From assembly GCA_037444845.1 (NCBI GenBank), contig JBBILQ010000001.1, positions 25,494-89,493 of the forward strand: a DNA stretch of 64,000 nucleotides, written 5' to 3'. The stretch's first letter is position 1; each line of letters opens with the position of its first letter. Below, one piece after another: positions 45,960-55,204 of the stretch. Under the pieces are notes generated by a model. It was not told the origin of the DNA. It worked only from the letters and a program-made list of their open reading frames with translations, and made no database searches. The position numbers and the translations under genes were made by a program. Source of the DNA: Candidatus Aminicenantes bacterium. Its GTDB lineage: Bacteria; Acidobacteriota; Aminicenantia; Aminicenantales; UBA8522.

Positions 45960-47595
45960 CGGGCGTCACGATCGCAGCGAATACGCTATCCTCTTCTTCC
46001 CAGGTAGCCAGATGCTTCTGTTCGTCCTGGCTGAGCGGGTCATTCCTTTTCAGCCAATCGACGAGCGTTTTAGCTCTTTGGAAGTGCTCAGCGGCCCTGT
46101 TTTCTGCGTAATCGCGGGCTGTCCAGGTTGAAATGAGAAAAGGCCAGTCCGAGCTCTCCAGGAGAAACTTTTCACGGATGAATTGCCTGTACAGCTCAGG
46201 TTTTTTTTTGGCCAGAGAAAGCGGCAGCCGCTGGTCTTCCTCCTCCACCCAATAGATTTTTTCCCATATCCAGGCCGTGTCATCGTTGAACCAGATCCAG
46301 TGGAATCCCCCTGTTCCCCACGAGCCTTCGGGGAGGCTGACGAGGACATGAGGGCGGAGCGCCTCTAAGCAATCGGTTGCCTTGTGAGGTTTCACTTCCC
46401 TCTCGTAAAATTTTTTTATCACTAAATAAAGCCATTCTGGGCCCTCGAACCACCAGTGACCAAAAAGCTCTGTATCATAGAGCGCGGCGACCGCGCCCTC
46501 GTCCTGTCCGTTCAGGCTGGCCGCAACAGAATCCACGAAATGCGCGGCATTTTCGTCTAGCCTCTCTTGAATCCTGCCCGGGTCGTAGGGTTGTTTATCG
46601 CCGAGGTCGGCGTCGCTTGAAGTAATCCGCCAGTAGCGCATGCCGCCCGGGAAATGTTTTTTGTGAAATTCAAGATACCAGCCGTCGCCGGGGTAGCCTG
46701 ACTTTCCGCTCCAAACCTGCACTCCCGATTTATCGTCCCGGACAAAAAACGGGACTCGCGAAGGATCAGCCAGGTAAGGAAAGTAGGGCGAGCCAGCAGC
46801 TTGTTTTCCGGTCTCGTAGCCCTTCCTGAATTTCTCCCAGAGAAGCTTGAGAGCCGGAAAGCGGTCGAGGTAGACGCCCCTGACCTCTCCGCCGCTGAGA
46901 AGGTGAGTGTCAACAAAGAAATAGCCCAACCCTTCTTCCCCCAAGATTTCGTCAACCCCCAGCCTGGGCACAGAACCGCCGCTCCCGATAGGCCGTTTCC
47001 AGGCGTACCGCGGCCGGTAGGCGCATTCAGGGAGCCAGAATCCTTGCGGGTCACGGCCGAAGTGCTGGCGGTAGACCGACTTTCCCTGGCGAACCTGCCG
47101 CCGGAGGCTTTCGTCCCGGGAAAGGAGGGGGAAGTAGGCGTGCGTGGCCGCTGAGGTCAGGACCTCAATCAGGCCTTCATCCTGCAGTTTCCGGAACCCT
47201 CCCAGGATGTCCTCCTTCCAGGTGTTGGTAAAAGCATCGCAGACCTTTTGATACCATGATTCCCAGTAAAAGGTCAGCGAGAGCAGAGTCCTGTTTCCTG
47301 TTTTCTCGAAATACGCCCTGTCCTGGCGAGCGATATCGATTTTCATCTGGAGATAATTTTTAAACCCTGAAGCAAAGCTTCTGCTTTTAAGCTGCTCCAT
47401 CAGCACGGGCGTGAAGGAGATGTTGACGTTGGGAGCAAAACCTTCATCTTTGAGGCGGTAGAAAACGTCTAACAGCGGCAGGTAGCTCTCTGCCGCCGCC
47501 TCGTGGAGCCAGTCCACCCCGTGAGGCCAATTCCCGTGAGCCAGGACATAGGGAATGTGACTGTGGAGGACTAAAGAGAAAAATTTAGACGCCAC
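45943..47595 (-). CDS. GH57-family 1,4-alpha-glucan branching enzyme-like
   Basis: N-terminal LVLHSHIPYV motif typical of GH57 branching enzymes; ~550 aa. Confidence 0.8.
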   Translation of the reverse strand: MASKFFSLVLHSHIPYVLAHGNWPHGVDWLHEAAAESYLPLLDVFYRLKDEGFAPNVNISFTPVLMEQLKSRSFASGFKNYLQMKIDIARQDRAYFEKTGNRTLLSLTFYWESWYQKVCDAFTNTWKEDILGGFRKLQDEGLIEVLTSAATHAYFPLLSRDESLRRQVRQGKSVYRQHFGRDPQGFWLPECAYRPRYAWKRPIGSGGSVPRLGVDEILGEEGLGYFFVDTHLLSGGEVRGVYLDRFPALKLLWEKFRKGYETGKQAAGSPYFPYLADPSRVPFFVRDDKSGVQVWSGKSGYPGDGWYLEFHKKHFPGGMRYWRITSSDADLGDKQPYDPGRIQERLDENAAHFVDSVAASLNGQDEGAVAALYDTELFGHWWFEGPEWLYLVIKKFYEREVKPHKATDCLEALRPHVLVSLPEGSWGTGGFHWIWFNDDTAWIWEKIYWVEEEDQRLPLSLAKKKPELYRQFIREKFLLESSDWPFLISTWTARDYAENRAAEHFQRAKTLVDWLKRNDPLSQDEQKHLATWEEEDSVFAAIVTPDGDLI

Positions 47596-49750
47596 TTTTT
47601 GCTCTCAAGATGACGTTGAAAGAAAAGCTTTGCTTCTGGTCCAGGATGATATGCCAATGCGGCAGGAAACACATGCCCTGATGAATTATATCATAACCCT
47701 CTTCGGATTGGGAGAGCGTCTGAAGCGGAAAATGCCAAATCTCTGGCGCAGGGGCAAATTCGAGCTCGAGCCTTCCGCCGAGAACGATCAGTTTTCCCGT
47801 TTTTTCCTCCCACTCATCGGCCAGCAGATAAAGATTCCATTCCGAGCCGAAAAGCAAAGAGAGTTCCATGGAGGAATCGGTGCTGACCACACAGGTGATG
47901 CTGACTTGCCCATCTCGGGGCTCAATTTCTTTTTTGACGAGGATGGGCGCCCTCTCTCCATCAACCCAGACATGTCCGTGCCTCTTGAGGAGGAGACGGC
48001 CCTGTCTAAGCTCTGGTTCGTATTCCTGGTTAACGAAATCTCCCTGTTCGCCATAGGTAATCCGGCGAAAGTCCTCCAGGCTCGTGCGGGGATGAAGAAA
48101 ATGGTCAAGGAGTGAAAACCGCGGATGCCAGTCATAACGGAGAAGAGCTTCGGCTTCGAGAGGAATCTTTTTGGCCAGCTCGTGGATACTTTTCCCCTCT
48201 CCGGGCTCCTCCTGTGCGCGGTGGTAGGATTCTTCCCTGCGGGAGAGGACATTCGAAAGGTTTCGGGAAAGCGGCCTGAAGTCGATCTCGACCAGGCTGC
48301 CTCCGAACGACGGCTTGGCCAGCAAGCCGAAGAAGGCATCGCGGTAAAAAAACTCCTCCCTGCCGTCGAGGTCATAGTCTGTTTTTTCCCAGCCCGGCCG
48401 GAGTCTTGCTTTCTTTTCCGCCTCTAAAAGATGGAAATAGGCCGCTTGCCGGAGATGAGGAAGGTAGAGACCACCGAAAACGCCATGCCAGTAGGCGTCG
48501 TTGCACTGGCCTCGATAAAGTTCCCGTGCCGCTTCCGGGATAGAGGGTCTCTGTTGTCCGACCGCTCGCGAAAGGAAGAGCATGCGCTTGTGGAGGTGGT
48601 TGCTTTCAGGGTACTTGACGAAAAATTCCCTGAAGAAGCCCCCCCTGAGAAGCCTTCGGGATTCGGGCGAGCTTTCTTTCTTGAGTTCCTTGAGCCGGCG
48701 GTAGTCTTCAGGTTCGAGAATCCACTCCATCATCTCCTCATAGGAAGCGGGCGGGATGTAAACCAGGCTGAAGGATGGGCCTGTATCCAGGTATTCCGAA
48801 TAGGTCATGGTCTGGATTGATTCTCTTTCAAGATATTCAAGAAAAGTCCTCAGCCACCTCTCCTCATAAACCCACTGCCTTGTGCCCGGCCAGAGGCCAA
48901 ACTTCTCGCCATCATCGGCGAGGATGGCCAGGCCGCCTCCAGCCTCGATTTCTTTGAAATAGGGGTTGATGTCATTGATCTGGCGGAAGGGAATGAGGTA
49001 GCGGAGTTTTTTGTCGATAGGAAAGAGGACCAAGGAATTTCCTTCCTCTTCTGTCATGTACGGACAGTGGATATCCCTTACTCCAGCATAATGAAAATGT
49101 TCTTCATCGAGAAGCGTGTACTCGATTCCAGCCAGAGCTAGGGTCTTGGCCAGCTGAGGTTCCCAGACTCTTTCAGTCAGCCAAGCGCCGCGCGGCCTGA
49201 CGCCGAAGTTCTCCTCCAGGAATTGGCGCATCAACCGGAGCTGGCCCTGCCGGTCTTCTTCAGGAATGACGGATAGGACGGGTTCGTAGAACCCGCCCCC
49301 TAAAAGCTCGGCCTGGCCCCGGCAGGCCATCTCTTTGACCAAGTCCCAGCATGATTTTTCATGGGATTCCATGTATTCCCACAGCGGCCCAGAGATGTGA
49401 AGGGCAAATTTGATACCCGGGTGTTCGGCCATTTCCTCGAGGAAAGGCCGGTAACAGTCGCGGAAAGCCTTCTTGAAGACGGCGGGAAAATTCCCCACCG
49501 GTTGATGGTTGTGAACGCCGAAAAGAAAAATTAAATCACTCACCGCGGGAATCCTTTCCTCCTTGCCGTTGAGCTCTTCGCAGGTAACCATCGAACAGGG
49601 CCGCGAATTCGGCCACTCCGGCCGCGTCGTCTTCACCAAACCACCAGAACCAGTCCGAACCCTCGGCCACATAAATCTCTTCCGAGGGACCGCATTCTTG
49701 CCTGGCCAGGGAAAGCCTTTCCCAGGCCGCGTTCTTGGCCGGATGGCCAA
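47585..49750 (-). CDS. GH57-family alpha-amylase/4-alpha-glucanotransferase-like (true start probably downstream of ORF-track Met, near ~49591 or a non-ATG start)
   Basis: GH57 region I LFGVHNHQPVGNF; long C-terminal domain; ORF-track N-terminus overlaps upstream gene by >200 nt so start is uncertain. Confidence 0.75.
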   Translation of the reverse strand: MAIRPRTRPGKGFPWPGKNAVPRKRFMWPRVRTGSGGLVKTTRPEWPNSRPCSMVTCEELNGKEERIPAVSDLIFLFGVHNHQPVGNFPAVFKKAFRDCYRPFLEEMAEHPGIKFALHISGPLWEYMESHEKSCWDLVKEMACRGQAELLGGGFYEPVLSVIPEEDRQGQLRLMRQFLEENFGVRPRGAWLTERVWEPQLAKTLALAGIEYTLLDEEHFHYAGVRDIHCPYMTEEEGNSLVLFPIDKKLRYLIPFRQINDINPYFKEIEAGGGLAILADDGEKFGLWPGTRQWVYEERWLRTFLEYLERESIQTMTYSEYLDTGPSFSLVYIPPASYEEMMEWILEPEDYRRLKELKKESSPESRRLLRGGFFREFFVKYPESNHLHKRMLFLSRAVGQQRPSIPEAARELYRGQCNDAYWHGVFGGLYLPHLRQAAYFHLLEAEKKARLRPGWEKTDYDLDGREEFFYRDAFFGLLAKPSFGGSLVEIDFRPLSRNLSNVLSRREESYHRAQEEPGEGKSIHELAKKIPLEAEALLRYDWHPRFSLLDHFLHPRTSLEDFRRITYGEQGDFVNQEYEPELRQGRLLLKRHGHVWVDGERAPILVKKEIEPRDGQVSITCVVSTDSSMELSLLFGSEWNLYLLADEWEEKTGKLIVLGGRLELEFAPAPEIWHFPLQTLSQSEEGYDIIHQGMCFLPHWHIILDQKQSFSFNVILRAKSGV

Positions 49751-50882
49751 CCCACCGGGAAAAACTCCCCAGCCAGGTGCCGGGGACCAACTCGACCTCT
49801 TCCCGCGGAGGATTGAGTTCCAAATAATCCTTAAGGAGGATGGGCGTTAGGCCGTCTTTTGCCATGAGCCGGCCGTAGAGCTCACGGAGGAAAGAAACCC
49901 CGTTATCCCTGTAGCCAGCCCAGGGATTTTCTCCGTCCAGGGCAATCACACAGATGCCCTGGTTTGCCTGGGCTCTCATCCGCTCGTCCAGCTTGCTCTC
50001 AAAATGGCTGACCGCGTTTTTTGCATCCCAGCGCTGGTATTCGAAACTGATGAGGTCCGAGAGCTCCCGGTCGCGGAAAAAAATGGCCAAGTCCTGGCAG
50101 GAGTAAGGTTTTGTCAGCAAAGCTCTGTCTGGAGCCTTTTTCAGGCTTTGCCACAGGAGGTTTTCGTCTGTGACGGCGTAAGAAAAGCCTTCCCTGGCGA
50201 CCGCCCTGGCCACGTCCAGGCTTATGCCGCCTTCTGAGGGCCAGAACCCCCTCGCGCAGCGGCTGAAGACCTCATTGAAGTACTTTCTGCCTTTCGAGAT
50301 CTGCGCTTTCCCATCCTCCGGGTGTTTGAAAGGAAGAGCCGGCATGATTGGCTCGTTTCCGACACCAAGGTCAAAAAGAAGAGGAAGGAGGGGGTGATAA
50401 TACGCCGATGTCGTGAGTTCGGCTTTGTCCTCCAGCCAGAGCCTTTTATAGAAGGGTATCACTTTCTTGTGGACATCTTTTTGAAGGCTGAGCAGGGAAT
50501 CTTTCTCTTGTCCCGCCTGAATGACGGGCGAAAAGATCGACCGAAGAACTCGAAGTTGAAGTTCCTTGTTATCCGTTTCTTTTTCTCCCCGAGGCATGAA
50601 TCCGGAAAGCAAGACTACATCAGAAGCCGCCAACTCCTGCGGGTTTTTTTCCAAAGCCTCCTTGAGAGAATCACGAGCTCCTCCCCGGCTGTAATCCTCA
50701 GCCTGCTCGAGGAGGCAGGGAACGAGGTTAAAAACACACGGAAATCCTGATTCCTCCGCTAAGTAGGCCATCTGATAATAGTTCTTAGTCAGGTGGTAGT
50801 TCACATAAGGAAGGAGGTATCGGCTGTTCCCTGGGTCCCTGTAAATGGGTTGGTGATGGTGCCAGAGGATGGATAAATACAT
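49536..50882 (-). CDS. GH57-like glycoside hydrolase family protein (third paralog)
   Basis: N-terminal ILWHHHQPIYRD (GH57 HQP signature); heads the minus-strand alpha-glucan operon. Confidence 0.65.
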   Translation of the reverse strand: MYLSILWHHHQPIYRDPGNSRYLLPYVNYHLTKNYYQMAYLAEESGFPCVFNLVPCLLEQAEDYSRGGARDSLKEALEKNPQELAASDVVLLSGFMPRGEKETDNKELQLRVLRSIFSPVIQAGQEKDSLLSLQKDVHKKVIPFYKRLWLEDKAELTTSAYYHPLLPLLFDLGVGNEPIMPALPFKHPEDGKAQISKGRKYFNEVFSRCARGFWPSEGGISLDVARAVAREGFSYAVTDENLLWQSLKKAPDRALLTKPYSCQDLAIFFRDRELSDLISFEYQRWDAKNAVSHFESKLDERMRAQANQGICVIALDGENPWAGYRDNGVSFLRELYGRLMAKDGLTPILLKDYLELNPPREEVELVPGTWLGSFSRWVGHPAKNAAWERLSLARQECGPSEEIYVAEGSDWFWWFGEDDAAGVAEFAALFDGYLRRAQRQGGKDSRGE

Positions 50883-51021
50883 CGAGAGTTTTTCTCGCTT
50901 TCAGGCATCGGCCTTTGGGGAAGACTTGCTTTCCCAGACCTTGAGGATGTCAGCTCTGTCGATTTCTTCGATCCGCTTGGCCGTGTACGCGCGAAGGGCT
51001 GTGACGTAATTCATCAACTCA

Positions 51022-51189
51022 GGTTTCTTCTTTTCTTCTTTTCTCCGCATTTTTCCAGTAATCCAGGCAGCTCGTATCGCAGAAATGCAGGACATAATCC
51101 TGCCCTTCGGCGTGCAGAGCAGCGGCCTTAGGGATCATTTTCTGACAAACATGGCAGGCGATTTTCTCGCTTTTTCCTTTTTTTTTCAT
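51022..51189 (-). CDS. Small YHS/TRASH-type metal-binding zinc-ribbon protein (55 aa, not in ORF track)
   Basis: MKKKGKSEKIACHVCQKMIPKAAALHAEGQDYVLHFCDTSCLDYWKNAEKRRKEET: C-x2-C...C-x3-C pattern of YHS/TRASH domains; own consensus promoter and AAAGGA RBS. Confidence 0.45.
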
Positions 51190-51227
51190 CTTCTGGTCCT
51201 TTCAGGAAAACCTATTTTTTTATTATT

Positions 51228-51256
51228 ATTATAGTGAAGGTTTCCACGCAAAGCAA
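51228..51256 (-). promoter_or_regulatory. Sigma70-like promoter for the small YHS gene: TTGCTT -17 nt- TATAAT
   Basis: On minus strand -35 TTGCTT (51256..51251), 17-nt spacer, -10 TATAAT (51233..51228), ~35 nt upstream of ATG 51189. Confidence 0.45.
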
Positions 51257-51374
51257 AAAGGCCCGTCCGTTGGGTTTGTCATCCTTCGCCCAATTCCCTC
51301 GGCTCGCCCAAGGCGCCTTCAGGACGGCCCTTTGCGCCGGTCATAAAAATCAGGTGTTAGTATTCTTCCCTGTC

Positions 51375-52496
51375 TCAACGATGGAGAAAGCTCCGCTCGC
51401 ATTCTGTCTCGTCGGGGCGGCGCGTGACGATCATGGCCAGTCCCAGCACATTGGCCCTGTCAATGACCTCCTGATCACGGACGGAACCAAGGGGATAGAT
51501 GATCGCTGTGATGCCGTTCGCGGCGGCGAGTTCCACGACATCGGGGAAAGGCATGAAGGCATCCGAGGCCAGGACGCAGTTTTCCGGGCCGTAGCCGCGC
51601 CGCGAAAACCGGATGGCGCAATCCGCGGCGTCGATCCGGCTGCGCTGTCCAGACCCGATGCCATGAACCTTGTCCTTCTGCCCGATGACAACCGCGTTGG
51701 AGCGGGTGAAACAGGCGACGATCCAGTTGAACACCGCTGCGTCAAGCTCGTCTGCTGTGGGCCGCCGGTCGGAGACGACATCGACGTCCTGGATGAACCG
51801 GATCCTGGAATCAAACCTTTTCTGGACGAGCAGGCCGCCGGCAACCCGCTTGAATTCCAGACCGTTATCTGTCGCCTCCCTATCCACGGGGCTTCCCATT
51901 CTGACAACACGCAGGGTCTTCCTTGCGGCCAATACCTCTAAGGCTTCTGGCGCGTAATCGGGCGCGTAGACGACCTCGATATTTCTCTGGCTTTCCACCA
52001 AAAGCCGGGCGAGGGGATCCGTAACACGGCCACTGAAGACATCGACACTCCCGAAATTGGAGAGAGGGTCGCTACCCCAGGCTTTGTCGAATGCCTCTTC
52101 GACTGTCTCCGCGACAGCCACTCCAGCGGGCATCTCGTGCTTGATCAACGCGCAGCTCGTTTGGTGAGGCCTTATTTCAGCCAGTTTCCGGACGATTCTT
52201 TGCCCCAGGTCCATGTCACCCATGTTGATATAGCTCAGCCCTTTGCTCCCTTCCTGCAGGACGCTCAGGGTAGCCATGTTCGGTCCAGTCGCGCCCTCTT
52301 CTGTATAGAAAGCGGCTGGATACCCGGGATTCTCGCCGTAGCGCATGGAAATTTTCTTGCGGAATTCCTGGCCGCCGAACGCGAGCTTTTCCGGAAAATC
52401 CTCCTCGACTTTCCTGGAATACTGAAGCCGGGCTGACTTGTCTATTTTTTCCATGGGCTTTACTTTACCTCTCGTTTTTATTGATGATGTGAACAT
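51375..52496 (-). CDS. purH: AICAR transformylase-domain-only PurH (no MGS-like IMP cyclohydrolase domain); start may be at Met 52454
   Basis: C-terminal ASDAFMPFPD motif and AICARFT-domain similarity throughout; ~360 aa instead of ~510 aa bifunctional PurH; directly follows purO. Confidence 0.8.
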   Translation of the reverse strand: MFTSSIKTRGKVKPMEKIDKSARLQYSRKVEEDFPEKLAFGGQEFRKKISMRYGENPGYPAAFYTEEGATGPNMATLSVLQEGSKGLSYINMGDMDLGQRIVRKLAEIRPHQTSCALIKHEMPAGVAVAETVEEAFDKAWGSDPLSNFGSVDVFSGRVTDPLARLLVESQRNIEVVYAPDYAPEALEVLAARKTLRVVRMGSPVDREATDNGLEFKRVAGGLLVQKRFDSRIRFIQDVDVVSDRRPTADELDAAVFNWIVACFTRSNAVVIGQKDKVHGIGSGQRSRIDAADCAIRFSRRGYGPENCVLASDAFMPFPDVVELAAANGITAIIYPLGSVRDQEVIDRANVLGLAMIVTRRPDETECERSFLHR

Positions 52497-53196
52497 CGAA
52501 CTTCAGATAATCTCGGCTTGACGCGTAGACACAGGCCACGGCGACCCGGTAGTCTCTGTCAGGGTCTTTGGGTTTGAGGGCTGAGTAGATGGCCTCGGCC
52601 ATGGTGGCCGCGTCCATCGCCTTGATTTCCACGGCCAGGGGATCGCCAAAGAACGAAGGGAGGGGTGTTGCCTCTTTGCCGGTATAAGTGGTGATTATCC
52701 TCCCTTTTCCAGGCTCAAGACCATAAGGAAAGAACAGTTTTTCTGATGTGCCATTGCCGGCTCTCTTGATGATACTCAAACAAGCCCGTCCGCTGGGGCA
52801 AGCGCAGCCGCTGATCCTCGGGGTAAAATGAGGAGCATCTGGCTCATAGGACCAGTTGCTTAGGGCTTGTCTCAAGACATCCTCGGGGTCTTTTCTTTTC
52901 CCGAAAGCTCTTACGATTTCTTCTGTATGCCGTCCGTTGGAGATGGCAATGCCTTGGCCGATAGCAATGGCCCTGTAAATGAGAAGCTCAGCCTGATCCT
53001 TTTTTATGGCTTCTTCGTCTGAAGGTTCGGTCCAGATGTTGCCGGCTTCGAGCTTCAGCCTCCTGGCCTGGCTGGAGGGCGACCTGCCGGTGATGGCGTA
53101 TCCAGCAATAACGTGCTCGGCAGTCCTGTCGAGGCCGATCAAGATAACCCGGCCGGGATAAGTCATGCCCTCCAGCACGGCCAGAGATTTGGTCAT
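52465..53196 (-). CDS. purO: Archaeal-type IMP cyclohydrolase PurO
   Basis: ~240 aa with PurO-family similarity (N-terminal GRVILIG..AGYAITGRS region); paired with IMPCH-less PurH. Confidence 0.7.
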   Translation of the reverse strand: MTKSLAVLEGMTYPGRVILIGLDRTAEHVIAGYAITGRSPSSQARRLKLEAGNIWTEPSDEEAIKKDQAELLIYRAIAIGQGIAISNGRHTEEIVRAFGKRKDPEDVLRQALSNWSYEPDAPHFTPRISGCACPSGRACLSIIKRAGNGTSEKLFFPYGLEPGKGRIITTYTGKEATPLPSFFGDPLAVEIKAMDAATMAEAIYSALKPKDPDRDYRVAVACVYASSRDYLKFDVHIINKNER

Positions 53197-53284
53197 CTCA
53201 TTTCCTCTTCATGGACGCTCCATTGATAGCATAGAGAGGGGGTGAAGTCAAAGCTGCGCGCCTGGGGTCGCCGGGAGACGGGGC

Positions 53285-54073
53285 TTGAGCCATCCGCGGG
53301 AATGCGGTAGAATGACGGTTCTGGAAACGAGGAGAGCAATGGAAAAGAAAATAGCGCCGCCCGAGATCGCTTACAAGAACATGGAGTTTCTCGAGTCCGA
53401 GGAGGCCCGGACGATCAGGATTCTGAGTGAAATCCTCGAACCGATGTACCGGCTGTCCAAATACAGAGTCCATACGACTGTGCTCTTCCTCGGCTCCTCC
53501 CGCGTCGAGCCTCAAAAGAAGACTTCTCCCCTGCTGAAATACTACTGGGATGCGGAAGAGCTGGCTTTTCGGCTGGCCACTTGGGCCATCAAGTTGAAGC
53601 CCAAGGGCAAGAATTTCGTCATCTGCACGGGCGGCGGACCGGGCATCATGGAGGCTGCCAACCGCGGCGCGTCCAGGGCTGGAGGCAAGTCGATCGGCAT
53701 GAATATTTCGCTCCCCCTGGAGCAGGCTCCTAACCTCTACATTTCTCCCGAGCTCTCGTTCCTTTTCTATTATTTCTTCACTCGCAAGTTCTGGCTGATC
53801 AACAAGGCCAAGGCTGTCGTTGCTTTTCCGGGAGGGTTCGGCACCCTGGATGAGCTGTTTGAGACGTTGACCCTGATCCAGACAGAGAAAATCTCGAAAG
53901 AGGACCTGTTCATCATCCTCTACGGGAAAGAATACTGGCAGAAGGCGATCAATTTCGATGCCCTTATCGACATGGGCACAATCTCGCCGGAAGACGCCAG
54001 GCTTTTCTGTTTTTGCTCGACGCCGCGGGAAGCATTTGCCCTGCTGAGGGCAAGGCTCAGGAAATTCCTGTAG
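53285..54073 (+). CDS. LOG-family protein (cytokinin riboside 5'-monophosphate phosphoribohydrolase / nucleotide 5'-monophosphate nucleosidase-like)
   Basis: GGGPGIMEA and PGGFGTLDELFE motifs characteristic of LOG/TIGR00730 Rossmann proteins. Confidence 0.8.
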   Translation: MSHPRECGRMTVLETRRAMEKKIAPPEIAYKNMEFLESEEARTIRILSEILEPMYRLSKYRVHTTVLFLGSSRVEPQKKTSPLLKYYWDAEELAFRLATWAIKLKPKGKNFVICTGGGPGIMEAANRGASRAGGKSIGMNISLPLEQAPNLYISPELSFLFYYFFTRKFWLINKAKAVVAFPGGFGTLDELFETLTLIQTEKISKEDLFIILYGKEYWQKAINFDALIDMGTISPEDARLFCFCSTPREAFALLRARLRKFL

Positions 54074-54506
54074 CCGGACCTGACTGCGAGCGTTTTCTTT
54101 TCTGGTAGAAAGCCAAGAAAACAAGAACTCCGGCTGCTGCGCCTAACGCGTCAGCCAGGAGGTCAAAAAGCTCAACCTCTCGTCCCGGCACAAAATATTG
54201 GTGAAACTCATCCAGGGCACCAAGACCGATCGTGACAAAGAAGGAGAGGATGGTTTTCATCCTGAGAGACAGGGTTGAGGCCTTAAAAAAGCCCAGGGAC
54301 AGGAGAAAAGCCAGGATGGCAAACTCGATGAAATGGGCAGCTTTATCCACAAGGTGGATATCAATGGGAATGTCGTAGTCCTTTGAGGAGAGGAAAAAAA
54401 TCAGCGAATAGTAGATCGCGGCGGGCAGGAAGGCAGCGTATTTTCTCATCGGCTCCGTGACAGAAGACGTATTGTAATGAAAAGCTCCTTGCGAGTCCAG
54501 AATCAT
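54057..54506 (-). CDS. VanZ-like family membrane protein
   Basis: 149 aa, 4 TM, conserved LDEFHQYFVPGR motif of VanZ family. Confidence 0.7.
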   Translation of the reverse strand: MILDSQGAFHYNTSSVTEPMRKYAAFLPAAIYYSLIFFLSSKDYDIPIDIHLVDKAAHFIEFAILAFLLSLGFFKASTLSLRMKTILSFFVTIGLGALDEFHQYFVPGREVELFDLLADALGAAAGVLVFLAFYQKRKRSQSGPATGIS

Positions 54507-54547
54507 TTGCCAGAAGCCGGGAAGATTGAGATAATAATTGCGGTGGC

Positions 54548-55204
54548 ATGGAAAACAGAAGATACAGGCAGGTGGACGGTCCTCGGTCCCCCCTGATTTT
54601 CATCTGCCTTGGCCTTGTCCTTGTTTCGGGATGCCGGGTACGACAGCACTATTTTCCTGAAGGGAACATCCAGACGGGTGAAGCCTCCTGGTACGGCGCT
54701 GAATTCCACGGAAAGCCCACCTCAAGCCGCGAGATCTACGACATGAACGACCTCACCGCTGCTCATAACACTCTGCCCCTCGGGACCGTTGTGATTGTTA
54801 CGAACTTGAGCAACGGCAAGTCGGTTGTCGTCAGGATCAACGACCGCGGTCCGTTTGTGAAGGGCAGGGTCATCGACCTCTCTTACGCGGCGGCAAGAGC
54901 CCTGGACATGATTGGGCCGGGCACAGCCCGGGTGCGGATCGAGGTCCTGCCTGAGGTCTCCCCTCCCCCTTCGGTGCCAAAATTTTCCGTCCAGGTCGGC
55001 TCCTTCATCCTCAAAAAAAATGCCGAAGCTCTTCGTCGCGAATTGGAGAAGAACATGGCCGGTGTTTATATCACTCCCTTCATGACGACGCAACAGGTTT
55101 ATTACAGAGTGCGCATCAGGGCTAAAACAAGGTTAGCCGCTCAGGAATTAGCCTCGGAGCTTTCTGCCAGAGGTTACACAGCCATCATCTTCGAAGACGA
55201 GTAG
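54548..55204 (+). CDS. rlpA: RlpA-family septal ring lytic transglycosylase (DPBB domain) with C-terminal SPOR domain
   Basis: Lipoprotein signal (LVLVSGC); DPBB motifs ASWYG..HGKPTSS..TAAH..LPLGT..V.V.N..NGKSVVVRINDRGPF; C-terminal SPOR-like region. Confidence 0.8.
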   Translation: MENRRYRQVDGPRSPLIFICLGLVLVSGCRVRQHYFPEGNIQTGEASWYGAEFHGKPTSSREIYDMNDLTAAHNTLPLGTVVIVTNLSNGKSVVVRINDRGPFVKGRVIDLSYAAARALDMIGPGTARVRIEVLPEVSPPPSVPKFSVQVGSFILKKNAEALRRELEKNMAGVYITPFMTTQQVYYRVRIRAKTRLAAQELASELSARGYTAIIFEDE

